Shown piece by piece: positions 20,601 through 35,600 of a stretch of 64,000 bases of DNA. The notes beneath the pieces are model-generated. The model saw nothing but the letters and a program-made list of their open reading frames with translations. It did not search any database and was not told where the DNA came from. The DNA is from Diplonema japonicum. Lineage: Eukaryota; Protista; Euglenozoa: Diplonemea. The stretch's first letter is position 1. The number at the start of each line of letters is the position of its first letter. Both the position numbers and the translations under genes were made by a program. Where the stretch lies: contig OZ025721.1 in NCBI GenBank assembly GCA_964019335.1, positions 310,001-374,000 of the forward strand. Reading direction: 5' to 3'.

Positions 20601-23600
20601 GATTGAAGCTGTGTGGTGGACGGTATCGGGTTTGGAGCTGTCCATTGTGATCGACAAGAGTGGGTCCATGTCCACAAGCGACCCGAGCAATGCCCGTATT
20701 TCTGCAGCACGATCCATGGTGGACAACTTGGAAGACGGGAGTTACGTGTCCGTCGTGCTCTTCGACAGCATGGCGAGCGTCTACCAGAAACACACTAAGC
20801 TGACCCCCCACAACCGTGGTCAGGTCAAGTCCTCCATCTCGTCCGTTAACGGTGGCTTTACTGCCGTCCTTTATGGTTTCTACTGGGGTCTTTCCGAGAT
20901 TCTGGGCACTGTCACCGACCTCCCGCAAGCGGTCGTTCTCTTGACCGACGGTAACGACTACTACACTGACATCGCTGTGGCCAACTACGACTTCTACTCC
21001 AAGTACGCGGGGCAGAACAACATCAAGGTTTACAGCATCTGCTTGTCGCCCCTGTGTGCGTCTGGCACCGGTAACGAGAAGCTGAGATTGATGTCTGAGA
21101 ACAGCGGCGGTGTTTTCAGGTACGCCCCACAAGCGGGTGACCTGTCCAACATCTACTACGACTTGTTCGGTGAGGCAACGGGACGATCTGTGCTTTTCAC
21201 AAGGACCGACCGTCTGTGGGAAGATACCACTGTGACGGTGCCTGTCCTCATCGACAGCCAGGCGCTCCCTGCTGAAGTGTACGTCACATTGAGCTCCGGA
21301 ACACCAAGCCAGGTTACAATTTCCATCACAACACCTGCAGGTGAGGAAGTAGGTGAGGCCACCACAGGAGACCTCGTTTTCCTCTCCACTGACAACTCGA
21401 AGGGGTTCAGGTTGCCTTCAATCTCTGGCTCGTACACCTTTACGATCACTGGTTCCGGTCTGTCCAACACAATGGTCGATGTCACCACACGTGTGCAGGG
21501 TTCGGGTACCATGGTGCTTAACGTGCTTGTCCCTTCGCAGGTATCCCTTGGCGAAGGTGCGCTTGTGCAGGCTGCACTCACCCCGACATCTACCATGGTT
21601 GCTCTCACCGGGCTCACTGTGACTGCTTCCGTGACCTCGCCTGCGGGCGTCACGACGTCTGTCACGCTGACTGACGACAACAAGAATGGTGTGTACAAGG
21701 GGACCTTCGTTCCCACCGTAACTGGCCAGCACGACATCGTTGTCAGAGCAACTGGTCTGTCCGGCTGCAACGACGACCCCTTCATGCGTGAGTCCACCAG
21801 GACCCTCGCTGTGCTTGACGCGGACCCCGACACGTTCACAGGTGCTGTCACTTCCCCAAGCATGGACGGTGCCGTGCACGTGTCTTCCGCGTGCGGTGCG
21901 CACAAATTCACCATCACCTTCGAAAACCTGGCGACCGCCTTTTCGGGCACTGTGTCCGTCTCGAGCCCTGTGCACAAGGTCACCGGTGCTTCCATCTCGG
22001 CCCCCTCTGGCTACAACATCTGGGACTACACAGTTGCGGGTGACGTTGCCTCAAACGTCGCAAGCACCAGCTCCTCGAGCAGTCCTTTCCAGTCTACCAA
22101 CTTCGCTACTCTCAACATGAATGGTGCCACTGAGCCTGGCGACTACATCGCAATTGCCACTCTGACGACTGGAGGCAAGACCCACACTGTGTCATTCACC
22201 ATCCGTATTGTGGAGATCCCGCTGCTTGTGAATGGTATCGATATCTCGTCCATTGACACCTTTGAAGGTGCCCAGTTCACCTTCGTCTCGAAGCTTCTTG
22301 GAGGCCCCGCAGGTACTAGTGGAATTGCACTTGAGTGGACCGACACTGCTACTGCGTCTATCACTCAGATTTCAGGTCCCATTACCTTCGCATCAAAGGC
22401 CGTTGCTGAGGGCAACGGTGCCACCTCGACCTTCAAGGCGGGTGACGACAACGTGCTGACCACCACAACCGAGACCATCACCATCAGAATGCGCCCGAAC
22501 TTGGAGAACATTGGGTACCCCCACACGCTATCGCAGTGCTTCACCACTACGCTGGTGGTGAACATTCAGGAGAACGACATGTGCTGCTCGCAGGCACCAC
22601 AGGCGGCTTGCGAGACTGGCAGCAGCGTTGCGGCTCCGCAGAACGGGCGTGTGAAGAACAGGTTGGGTGTGATGACGAGTTCGGACACCACTCAGACGGG
22701 TACTGGCATCTGCTGCTCTGGGCATGGTGTGTTCATTGAGAGCAGCAACCCCATCGGCAGGGGAGCTTGCGACTGTGACGACAACTATGGTGGTCCTGCT
22801 TGTAGCTGCAAGTGCAACTGCAAGGCTGGCACCTGCGACACGAGCCTTGACGCCGAGTGCGTGAATGGTGAGCTTACGTGCACTTGCCCGTCGGCGCTGT
22901 ACGTCGGCCACGACTGCACACCGTGTGAAAGCATCACCCCTCTCCCCCAAGTGTGTATCGAGGCCTGCCCTGTCTGCCCTAACGGAGCTCCTGTGTCCAT
23001 CGTCAACGGTGAGTGCAAGTGCAGTACTGAATGCATCACTGGTTGCCCGGGTTACCCGAACTCGTGCTCCAACAGGGGCACTTGCACTGATGACTGCAAG
23101 TGCACTTGCAACAGCCCCTACTCGGGGGACAACTGTGAGACTGACTGCACCATCTACTGCAACGGTCGTGCTGTACAGGCGTCTTCCGTTAACGGTAAGT
23201 GTGTGTGCGAACCTTGCAAGGATTTCTGGACTGGTGACCAGTGCGATGGGTGCGAACCGAAGTACAAGCAGGACACATGTGATGCTTGCGCTGTGGGGTA
23301 CTACAAGGTCGGCAACGACTGCGTTCCGTGCAACCCGACAAACCCCTGCAACCCTACAGGTACTCTGTCTATTGAGATCCCCAATGAGACCACATGCAAG
23401 TGCAACTGCAAGCCCGGCTACACCGGTGACAAGTGTGACCAATGCGACGCTGCTGCTGACTACTACTGCACTCAGGAGGTCAACGGAAAGTGTTTGTCGT
23501 GCGATAAGTGCAACTGCAACAACGGCGTCGCCACAGTGACGACCAACACTTGCACATGCAAGTGCAACAACTACTGGGAACTGCCTGACTGCAAGAACTG

Positions 23601-26600
23601 CCCCGAGCAGTACGATCAGGACACGTGCAGCACCTGCGAGGAGGGTTACGTGCCTTCGCCTGCTCTGCCTGTTTGCCACCAGTGCTCCAAGACTGAACAC
23701 TGCAACGACAACGCCAACAGCGTGCAGTACTCTAACGGGGAGTGTGTCTGCGTCTGCAAAACAGGCTACACCGGCCCCAACTGCAAAGACTGTGACACCG
23801 ACGATTTGTACTACCGCAACTCGCAGGATGTGTGCGTGCAGTGCACTGTCGCGAACACGTGCTCCAACACCGGCAACACTCTTAAGGTGAAGGTCAACGC
23901 TGCAGGCAACGGATGCGACTGTGTTTGCAAAAACGAGTTCGCCGACCCCGCCAACGGATGTCAGTGCAAGCCCAACCTTACTGGTGACCTCTGCACATCA
24001 TGTGAGGGCAACCGTGCCAAGCACCCGGAGTGCTTCGAGTGCACTGTTTCCGGCAGCTGCAACAGCAACGCCGAAAGTTCCACTGTCTCTAGCGATGGTC
24101 AGACGTGCGACTGTGTGTGCAAGGGCAAGCATTCGCCCCCTACCTGCGCTAGCTGCCCTTCCAAGTACACTGGGAACGACTGCAACCAGTGCGCTGAGGA
24201 CAGGGTTGCGTACCCCGACTGCTACAAATGCAGCGAGCTTGACATGTGTGCCAACGGTGGGACTCCTGTCCCGAAGGCCGACGGGAGCGGATGTGTGTGC
24301 CAGTGCACCGACCACTTCACAAGTGCTTCGAACTGCGCCGAGTGTGAGCACCCGTTCGCACCTATCGTCATTGGGGGAGTTCTGACCTGCAAGAAGTGCG
24401 TTGTCGGAAAGTACAACTACCCTCAGTGCGATGACTGCACTGATGATGATGAATGCAGTGGCCACGGTACTGCTGTCTCCGACGGCATTACCTGCATTTG
24501 CACGTGTGACAAACCCGGGAACTGGAACGGAAAGGACTGCAACACTTGTCCCACCGGCTTCGACACTGCGACTTGCACTAACTGCATGGACTCCAACCAG
24601 TGTGGCGAGTGCACACCGAGCACGCACTGCTTCGACCACGCAGACACCGTCAGCAGCACTGACCCTGCCACCTGCACCTGCAACTGCAGGAACCACTGGG
24701 ACCCTGCCGACAACTGCAAGTCCTGCCCCTCGCCTTGGGATGGTTCACGCGACTGTGGTGAGTGCTTGGAAGGGTACATCTCGGTCATCTCTATGGGTGT
24801 CATCACTGATTGCAAGCAATGCACTTCCAGCGATTGCAACGGGAGGTCCGTTCATGTGACGTCGAACTCTAACAGAGACGCTTGCGTGTGCACCTGCGAT
24901 CCTGCCCAGCACTGGACTGGAACTGACTGTGGTACCTGCCCCAAGAAGTTCAAGCAGGACACCTGCGATGCCTGTGCAACCAACAGGGTCAACTTCCCTG
25001 AATGCACTGAGTGCAATGACGACTGCAGCGGCCATGGCACCTCCCAGCCTGAGGCCGGTTCTGACCCCAAGAACTGTGTCTGCATCTGTGACCCGGGTTA
25101 CACTGGGCCCGACTGTAACGAGTGTGAGAACGACTACATCGAGTACGGCAGCGACGGTAATGGCATCAAAATGTGCCGCCAGTGCAACAGCGATGATTGT
25201 AACGGAAACGGCAAACCCACTCCCAACGGGGACACCTGTGACTGCGAGTGCTACGGCAAATGGGATGGCCCCAAGTGCCACAACTGCCCCCAGCAATACG
25301 AGCAGCAGGTGTGTGTTGAGTGTGCTCCAGACAGGTACGGTCCTGACTGTGATGAGTGTACGAAAAACACTCCGTGCTTCCTGCAGGGTACTGATTCTGC
25401 AGGTGTTGTCAACGGACAGTGCGAGTGCGTGTGCAAGCCCAACACTCAATGGACGGGTGACACGTGCAAGGACTGCCTCGCCAAGTATGATCAGAACACG
25501 TGTGACTCGTGTGCTGAAGATTACTACAACTATCCCGAGTGTGACTACTGCAGCACCGACAAGTGCAACGGGTCGCCTTCCTACGTCAGCGCTGACGGGA
25601 AGAAGTGCCTGTGCGAGTGTGAAGAGCCCTGGATCGGTGAAGACTGCAGCACCCTCCCCCCGTGTTTCGCGACGGCGAGCAGCTGTGCGCCTGGCTGCAT
25701 TGGTTTCCCCGACTGCCGCCCATGCAGTGACACTCTTGACTGTAACAGCCAAGGCAGTGCTTATGAGGTGGACAACATTGCCTGCAAGTGTCTGTGCAAT
25801 GAGACTCACGCTCTTCCAAAGTGCCGTGACTGCGCCGCTAAGCACTACGGTCCGGACTGTACCCCATGCACGCTAGGCCCGAACTGCAAGTCGGTTAAGG
25901 CAAACCAAGATAAATCTGGCTGCATTTGCGAGTGCAAAGACAAGTGGACTGGTACCGACTGCAACACATGCCCTGCCGCGTACGAGCAGACTAACTGCAA
26001 GGAGTGCAAGGATGACTACGTGTGGAAGGACGGCGAATGCGTGAAGTGCAACAAGGGTACTCACTGCAACGGGAGGGCATCGAAGGTCTCATCAACTCTT
26101 CCCCACTTGGAATGCAAGTGCGAATGCGAGGACAAGTGGGAGGGCCCTACGTGCCTTAACTGCAAGGACATCTACAACCCAACCACGTGCAATGGATGCA
26201 ACGTGGACCACCACAACTACGAGGATTGCCCGAAGTGCACTTCTGAAGATGACTGCAGCGACCACGCTGAGAGCGTTTCTTCTGACGGCGTGACGTGCAA
26301 TTGCACGTGCAGGAACCACTGGTATGGTGACAAGTGCCAGCACTGCCCCACTGGGTACGACAAGAACGAAGACTGCACCCCGTGCGCGCCCGACTACCAG
26401 CCCAACTCGGCTACTGGGATCTGTGAGCCGTGCGACAACGACGACCACTGCAACGGCCGTGCCACCAGCGTGTCTTCTCCTGATGGTGCGAAGTGCATTT
26501 GCGAATGCGACATCGATCAGGGTCAGTGGACTGGTGACGACTGCAACAGTTGTGCTGGTATCTACGATGCGGACACGTGTTCTCAGTGCAAGCAGGGCCA

Positions 26601-29600
26601 CGCCGACTACCCGAGGTGCGTGCAGTGCAGCGCCGCAACGCACTGCAGCGGGCACGGAACCCTGGACACAACCGTCGTGAGCAGCAATGAGTGCCCGTGC
26701 AACTGCAGAAACAAGTGGTCCGGCAAGAAATGCAACCAGTGCCCCGATGGGTACGACCGCACCAAAGACTGCAATGAATGCAAGCTAGGGTGGGAGAAGA
26801 TCAACGACGACTGCGTCAAGTGCACAGTTGAGACGAAGTGCAGCAACCACGCTACCGGCCTCAAGGACGGGTGTGACTGCATCTGCCGCCACAAATGGAC
26901 TGGCCCGGCCTGCGGGAACTGCGACTCCAAGTACGCCACCGACGGTGATTGCAACACTTGTGGTGATGAACGCATCAAATACCCTGACTGCACGCACTGC
27001 TCTGACATGGACTGCCACAGCCACGGTCAGGGCAAAAAGAAGTCAAAGAACACTTGTGAGTGTGTGTGTGACACAGGCTACACGGTGGAATCTGACTGCG
27101 AGGCATGCGCAGAGGACTACGTGAAGGTGAACGGCCTTTGCGTGAAGTGTGACACGGCAGTTGCCCAGTGCTCCTCGCCGGGTACCGAAGAGGCTTACAT
27201 CATGAACGGCCAGTGCTTGTGTAGGTGCAAAGACCAATACAAGGTTCCGACCTGCAGCAGCTGCGACGCCAAGTTCGACCCCGCGACGTGCAAGCAGTGT
27301 GCTACTGCACACTACGACTACCCCGACTGCTTCCCGTGCACCGACGAGCACGACTGCTCTGGGAACGGTACGTCTTCGGTTGTGGGTGACAAGTGCGTGT
27401 GCGCTTGCAACCCTCACAGACAGCTGCCTGACTGCTCCGTGTGCGAGCCGGGCTACATGGGTGCCGACTGCGATGTGTGCAGCAAGGGCTACACCATGGA
27501 GGACAATGTTTGTGTGGTGTGCAGCAACGAAGGCCATTGCAACGGGCACACTGCGTTCGCGAAGAAGAATGCCGCCACCGGTCTTTGGGAATGCGGTTGC
27601 CAGTGCCGCGTCGGCTGGGCCGGTGCTGTCTGCAATGAGTGCGACGAGGACTACTACATGCTTGACAACCAGTGCACCTCTTGCAAGACGAGCCAGTGCG
27701 GGAAGGGCGGTGTGTCTGCTACCTCTCCTGGTGGCCTCGTGACACAGTGCGACTGCAATTGTGCTGGGTACTGGACTGCCAGCTCGACTACGCCACCTAC
27801 CTGCGTCTGTGAAAAGGCTAACTACGACAGCAACTGCGAACCTTGCGCGACAGGTTTCAAGAAGACGCTCACAACTGGCGACCCGACATGCGTGACATGC
27901 ACTATTGCTCAGCACTGCTCTGCCGAAGGCACTGATACTGTTGAATTGGTTGGGGACGCTGCGTGCAAGTGCAACTGCAAAGAGAACTGGACCGGCACGA
28001 AGTGTGAGACGAAGGTTCCTTGTGAGGCTGGCAACGGTGACTGCACCACACAGTGCCCTGACGCAAACACCGTCGCTGACGGCGTACAATGTGTGCCGTG
28101 TACACCTGCCAACTGTTCCAACAACGGTGTCATCGTCGGCACCAACCCGTCGAAGACCATCTGCACGTGCAAGTGCGAGACTGGCTACACTGGCCCCATC
28201 TGCGACGTCTGCGATGCCAACTACTTCATGGTGAACGATGTGTGTGTCCTGTGCGACATCGACCAGTGTGGCGGAAGCAGCGAGAGGGCTGAGGCGCCCA
28301 TCGTTACCGAGGACGGCGTTTGTAAGTGCAAGTGCAAGAACAAGTGGACTGGTCCCGAGTGCAACGAGTGCCCTGACGGTATCGAAACCGTCACGTGCAC
28401 CAACCCTGACTGTACCCTTGACAACAGCTGCAACGGCCGTGGCGAATCCATCACACCGTACCCTGGGTGCGTGTGCACATGCAAGAACGAGTGGACCGGC
28501 AAGGACTGCTCTGAGTGCCCTACTCCCTACACGATAGAGTCTGATTGTAAGGAGTGCGCTTCTGGTTACAAGAAGAATGCCCAGGGCAAGTGCGTGTCGT
28601 GCACGCGCGAGGACTGCAACAACGGAGGCAACCCTACCCTGCAGGGTGACGGCTGCGGCTGTGACTGTGACAGTGACACACACTGGACCGGCCCCGAGTG
28701 CAAGGGCTGTCTTGACAAGTACGACCCTGTGACGTGCAAGGGGTGCAACGACGGGTACATCTACGACCCCACCACTGAAGACTGCGTGCAGTGCACTAGG
28801 GAGGCTCACTGCAACGGCTTGGGCGAGGCTGGTTCAAACAGTGATCACTCTGAGTGCATTTGCACATGCGACGAGGACAAGGGCCTCTTTGAAGCCGACA
28901 ACTGCGGAAGCTGCAAGTACGGGTGGATCAACTACGACCCCACAACTGGGTGCACCAAGTGCGAGGACTCCCTCTGCAACCGCGGCCATGCGGTGTACAA
29001 CCCTGTGGACAAAACATGTGACTGCATCTGCAACAGCGCTAACTTTGCTGACGAGACGTGCACAACATGCAAACCGGGCTACACGGGCGAGGACTGCAAG
29101 GAGTGCGACACAGACTACATCCTCGAGAACACTGTATGCACTAAGTGCGACAAGTTGAAGCACTGCTCTGGCAATGCTGAAAGCGTTTCATCTACAGACG
29201 GGCAGACATGCGAATGCGTCTGCAAGACGTACTGGACAGGCGAGAAGTGCGCTGACTGTCCTGAGATGTACGATAGCAACGCGGACTGCACCCCGTGTAA
29301 CGAGGCCGCCAACTACGTGCCTAACGATGAGAGTGATAGCGATGATGAGTGCAGGAAGTGCAGCAACAGTGTGGACTGCAACGGCCACGGCACTGCTACC
29401 GCCGTCAATGGCGTTTGCAAGTGCTCGTGCGACAACTACTGGTACGGTGAAAAATGTGGCCAGTGCGACCCCAGGTTGAACATCAACAAGTGCAAGAACT
29501 GCAAGAACAACTACATCGCAGTCACTAACAGTGTCGACACTCCGTTCACCTGCCTTGCCGGCCAGACTCAGGCCATCGGTTGCAAGACTTGCACAGAATG

Positions 29601-32600
29601 CAGTAAGGAGGAGCACTGCTCCGGCCACGCCACGGATGTCACGAAGTCCTCCAACGGTCTTACGTGTGAGTGCACGTGCGAGGAAGGCTGGTCTGGCGCG
29701 GACTGCTCTAACTGTGATCAGACGAAGTTCAACCCTGACTGCACTGCGTGCAAGGTGCAGGGCCAGACCTTCCCTGAATGTGATGGTTGCGACGCTACTG
29801 TGCACTGCAGTGGGCACGCCGATCCAGTTGTTGCCCAGAGTGATGGTACTTGCAAGTGCACTTGCACTGGGAACTGGAAAGGTAAGAAGTGCAGCCAATG
29901 CCCATCGCCATTCACCGGCGACAACTGTGACGAGTGTCTTGAGGGTTACACTGGGCCCAACTGCGATCCGTGCACTTGCACCTCGAACGGTCGTGGCTCA
30001 TTCCCTGATGGTAGCACTACTTGCGAGCAGTGCCAGTGCGAGGGTGACTGGCTTGCCCCTGACTGTGTGGAATGCTCCAACGGTATGGACCCGGCGACCA
30101 ACTGCCAGGGCTGCCAGTACGGGTTCGTCTTCGACAACTACACCTTGGCTGCAGACATCAAGTGCAGAACGTGCTCCATGGAACTCGACTGCAACAACAA
30201 CGCCGTGGCCGTGTACAACAACACGAGGCTGGGGGACTTCGACCTGCACACCATCTGCGTGTGTGAGTGCAAGGAGTGCTACACCGGTGTGAAATGCAGC
30301 AAGTTGAAGTCGACCTGTGTCACTGGCCCCGATGTGCACAAGTGCAACATCGAGCAGGACTGCTCGGGTAATGCGAAGAGGGTGTACGCCAATGCTGACC
30401 AGACTGCCTGTGTCTGCGTGTGCAAGGATGGATGGGCTGGTCCTAACTGCGACAAGTGTGCCAATGGGTACGAAGGCCAACAGAACTGCGACAGCTGCTC
30501 GGATGGCTTCTTTGATGTGTGTGGGTGCGACCAGCCGATTTGCGCAGCATGCAATGCTGTGACCAACTGCGATGGCCACGGCACGCTGGCTACCGACTCT
30601 GCCGAGTGCGAGTGGCCTGCTGTCAGGCTCACCTTCATCGGTGGCAGCGACGGATCTAGAAAGTCCATCTCTTCCACAGGTTCAATGACCATCAATGGCG
30701 CACCTGCTGGCCAAGGCCGCTGGCTGTCCCAGACACGCTTCGCTATCTCCCGTCCCGACCTTGGCTGCGAGTACGTGGTGGACTTCAGCAAGAACATTAT
30801 CGACAGTGGTTGCGTGTCCAGCAGTGTGGATTTATCTCTGGTTGGCATCACCACTGACTCTGAGTCTTGGGTCTCGACACCCACTTGCATCAAACCGGAT
30901 GCATGCCCGTGCGTCTGCCAGGTGCCCTACCAGCCCCCTCGCTGCGACTGGTGCGACCCTACTCTCTATGACTCGTCCTGCACCAAGTGCACACCCAGCA
31001 GGATCAACTTCCCTACTTGCACGAAATGCGAGAACGTTCGTCACTGCAGCGGCAACGCCGTCACTGGCGCTACTATCTTCGCCAACGCGAATGGCGATGG
31101 CTGCGTCTGCCCGTGCAAGAACCAATGGTCGGGTCCTACTTGCAAACAGTGCCCCGAGGGTTATGATGATGAATGCAAGTACTGCAAGGACGGGTGGACC
31201 CTCGTCACTAACGCAGCTGGGGAGAGCCACTGCCGCCAGTGCACAATCACGGCAGACTGCAACGGGCAGGCTGCCACCATCACCACCTTCGAGGGCGGTG
31301 TGTGCAAGTGCGATTGCCAGAACCCTAACCAGAGGAACAACAGAAAGTGTGGACAGTGCAAGAAGGGCTGGAGCGAGGCTACGAACTGTCAGACGTGCGC
31401 AGACAAGTACCACAAGCAGAGCGCGCCCACAGCATCGAACCCCGATAGGTTTGTTTGCCTGGAGTGCAAGCTTGGGGAGTGGTGCAACAACCGTGGCTTG
31501 ACCATCTTCGTTGACCCGCAGGACCCATACCTGTGCGCGTGTACATGCGAGAACGGATGGACAGGGCCCAGGTGCGCTACTTGCCCTGCCTCGATGACAG
31601 GTACTAACTGCGATACGTGCGCGGTCGGCTACCACGGCAACGTGCCTAACTGCTACAAGTGCGAGCAGGAGTGCAAGAACGGCGGTTTACCCACGCTGGA
31701 CTGTGGCTGTTCATGCCGCAACAAGTGGCACGGTCCCTTGTGCGATCAATGTGATTCGAAATATGATGCCACTAAAGACTGCAACGAATGCGCACCTACT
31801 AGGGCCAACTGGCCTACGTGCGATGTTTGCACCGTAAGCAACCACTGCACTGGCACTTCCAACGCCGCTGACGTGGTTGCCGACGGCTCGTGCATCTGTG
31901 AGTGCATCCCTCCCTTCGAGGGATCCGACTGCTCGACGTGTGACTCTACGGTGTACACGTCAGACTGCACGGGTTGCAAGGACACCACGAAGGTTGACTT
32001 CCCCATGTGTGGTGAGTGTACCAGCAGGCGCCACTGCAACAACCGTGCCGCCGAAGTGCAGGGCGTTAACGGAGAGTGTGTGTGCGTGACGTGCCAGGAC
32101 AAGTGGACTGGTCCGAAGTGCGGCAGCTGCCCCGGTATCTTCGATGCCTCGTCTTGCAACAACTGCACGAATGGCCGACACAACTACCCCGAGTGCTCGC
32201 TATGCACTGAGACCTACTGCAACGCTTTCGGGGCGTCTTCTGCGAGCAGTGAAAACGACGTCTGTACCTGTGTATGCAAGACGCGTTTCACTGGTGACAA
32301 GTGCGACAAGTGTGTTGACGGCTACGCTTGGTCCGGTGGCACATGCGGGAAGTGCAAGCCCGGCCACGCGCCGTACCTTGCAGACGGAACAGGGTGCCAG
32401 CCGTGCCTCGCGACGGCTTGCAACAACCACGCCGTGACCCTCCCCAACAACGCTAAGCTGGTGCCCGTCGACGAGGACACCGGGATGTGCTCATGCCAGT
32501 GCGTCAACAACTGGGGGGGCGACGACTGTAACACCTGCCTTCCCAAGTACAACGCTGCCACCGACTGCCTGGAATGTGCTTCCGACAGGCTCAAGGCTTA

Positions 32601-35600
32601 CCCGTGCGTCAAGTGCACAAACGAGGATCACTGCTTCGGCAATGCCGACTCTGTGTCCATGAGCCTCGACAGACAGGAATGCGTGTGCAAGTGCAAAGAG
32701 GGCTGGACCGGAACGAACTGCGAGATCTGCTTGCCCCACTTCGTGTCGACTGTCAAGTGCCCTTCGGTTTCGCTGCTCAGCTGCGCGTCTGGCTACTCCC
32801 TTGTGCTTGGCTGTTCAAAGCCGCTTGACGGCTGCGCTGTGTTGTCTGACGACACCACTCAGTACGAGTGCTTGAACACCGAGGGCAAGGTTGTCATCCC
32901 AGTGTGCTGCACCCACGAGGTAGGTGTCGATGCGACCTGTGAGGAGGTTGGTGGCATCCAGGAATGCCGCCCGTGCAAGACTGAGACCGACTGCAATGGC
33001 CATGCTGTTGGGAAGTGCCCGTCGAAGGACGGTAACTGCAACTGCAGGTGCCGCAACTACTGGAAAGACACATCCGCAGGTGACCAGTGCAACCACTGTG
33101 ACGAGCAGTACGCAGGCGACGACTGCGACGAATGTGCACCGAAGTACATCACGAGACACGAGCCTTGCGACCACAAGTGCACCGTGGAAAACGACTGCAG
33201 TGACCACGCTAGCGAAGTTATCGTTAAGGACAACAAGTGCTCGTGCACGTGTTTGCCTGGGTACAAAGGAAGGCGTTGCAACAAGTGCGAGGACGGGTGG
33301 ATCAAATTCAACGGTGTCTGCCGCCCATGCACCGAATCGGACTGCTCCAACCACGGTTCTGTGACTGGTTCCGCTGACAACACGTGTACGTGTGACTGCG
33401 CAAACAACTGGGCAGGCTTGTCGTGCGGCACCTGCCCCGAGAAGTACAACGCCAGCAACGACTGCTCCGGGTGCAGCGCCAACCGTGCTGGACCTGACTG
33501 CCAGACGTGCAGCATCACCACTGACTGCAGCGGCAACGCCGGTAGCGTTGCACCCAACGACGACGCCTCCCAGTGTGTGTGCGTGTGTGTTGGTCAGTGG
33601 AAAAACGCTGACAAGCAGTGCGACTACTGTGACCGTGTGCTTTACACGGGCACCTCTTGCGATAGATGCCAGGCAGGGAGGATTAACTACCCTGACTGCA
33701 CTCTCTGCACTGACGAGACTCAGTGCAACAACCATGGTACTGCGGCAACCTCCAACGAGCAGACCGAGTGCATCTGTAAGGAGTGCCGCCACCAGTGGTC
33801 AGGTGCTGACTGTAACACGTGCGATGACATGTTCGACCGTGACCAGGATTGCAATGCTTGTGCCTCGGGTTACATTGGAACGCCCCCCAACTGCGTTCCA
33901 TGCAACCCTCAGGCTAGCTGCAGTGGTCATGGCACCGTGCCTACTTCTGACGCTTCTGACGGTACCACCTGCCAGTGCAACTGCAGGCACCAGTGGAAGG
34001 GCGATGACTGCAGCTACTGCGACCCAATGTTCGGTGGTGACTGTGACAGGTGCGCCGACAGCAGTCTGACATTCCCTGCCTGCACAAGCTGCAGTCGCCA
34101 AGCGCACTGCTCCAACCACGCTGTGGGCGTCACGCTCAACACGACTGACTCTGCTTCGTGCGTGTGCGAATGCAGAAACAACTGGCAGGGCCCGACTTGC
34201 GCAACGTGCCCCGCGCCGTTCAAGATGTTACCCGACTGTGACACTTGCAGGTCTGGGTACGAGGAAACAGCCAGTGTTGACGGTGCTGCTACTGCTTGCA
34301 ACAAGTGCACCAACGACACGCACTGCTTCGGCCATGCAGCAGGTGTTTCTGGTGATGGCAAGACTTGCACTTGCACCTGTGCTAATAACTGGGACCCCGC
34401 TACTAACTGTGAGTCGTGCCCCGTTCAGTACGAGCAGACTAACTGCAAGGAGTGCGCTGCCAAGCGCATCTTGCCTAACTGCGACCTCTGCACACCCGAT
34501 TCGTGCAACAACCATGCCTCTTCCGTCACTGTTAACGACGCTAAGACAGAGTGTGTTTGTGCCTGCGTTGCGGGCTACACCGGCGACAAGTGCCAGAACT
34601 GCGCCAACGGGTACATCAAGACAGCAGAGAACACATGTGTCCAATGCACCAAGGAGGACCACTGCACCGGTCACGCGTCTGATGTGTACACCAACTCTGA
34701 CCAGACGGCGTGCAAGTGCGATTGTCTCCCGAGGTGGGGGGATGCTAAGTGCTCTACCTGCCCGCAGAAGTTCAACCAAAACACTTGCAACTCGTGTGCG
34801 GCTGACCACTACGCATTCCCGCTCTGCAAGGAATGCTCCGTTGCAACCAACTGTAAGAACGGCGCTGTCTCGACTGTTGTTGAGAACGACAAGTGCAAAT
34901 GCGTGGACTGCGACGACGAGTGGACTGGCGACGCATGCGACGAGTGTGATTACACAAAGTTCTCCGCAACGTGCAACAGTTGTGCTGCCAAACACGTGGA
35001 CTACCCTACATGCAACAAGTGCACCACACAGCTCGCTAACTGCGTCGAGGACAACACTGACTCCGCGGTGGTTGTCGGGGGTGTCTGCACGTGCCGTTGC
35101 AAGGGCGAGTGGACGGGTGCCACATGCAACTCCTGCCCTAGCAATTATGACGCCTCTACTGGGTGCACATCATGCGCAGCACAGTACGTGCCTGTTATCA
35201 GTGGCGGTGAGGCCGCGTGTGTTGCATGCAACACAGCGAACTTCTGCTCTACCAATGCACAGGACACGACAAAGGAGGGCGATGTTTGCAAATGCAACTG
35301 CAAGAACGAATACACTGGCAAGAAGTGCAAGACCTGCCCCAAGAAGTTCGACGCCGAAAACGATTGCAGTGGCTGCGCCGTAGGCTACTACGCTAGTAAC
35401 GGTGACTGCCTCCGTTGCAAGTCCGCGACATCGTGCAGCGGTTTGGCAACCGCCGTGACCTCTGTCGACGGCGTGTGCAAGTGCACGTGCATCAAGGGTG
35501 TGACAGGACCCACTTGCAACCAATGCGAGGACGGGTGGGTGAACTACAGGCCTGGCTACGGATGCGTCGAGTGCACCGTGCCGGCACACTGCTCGGACCA

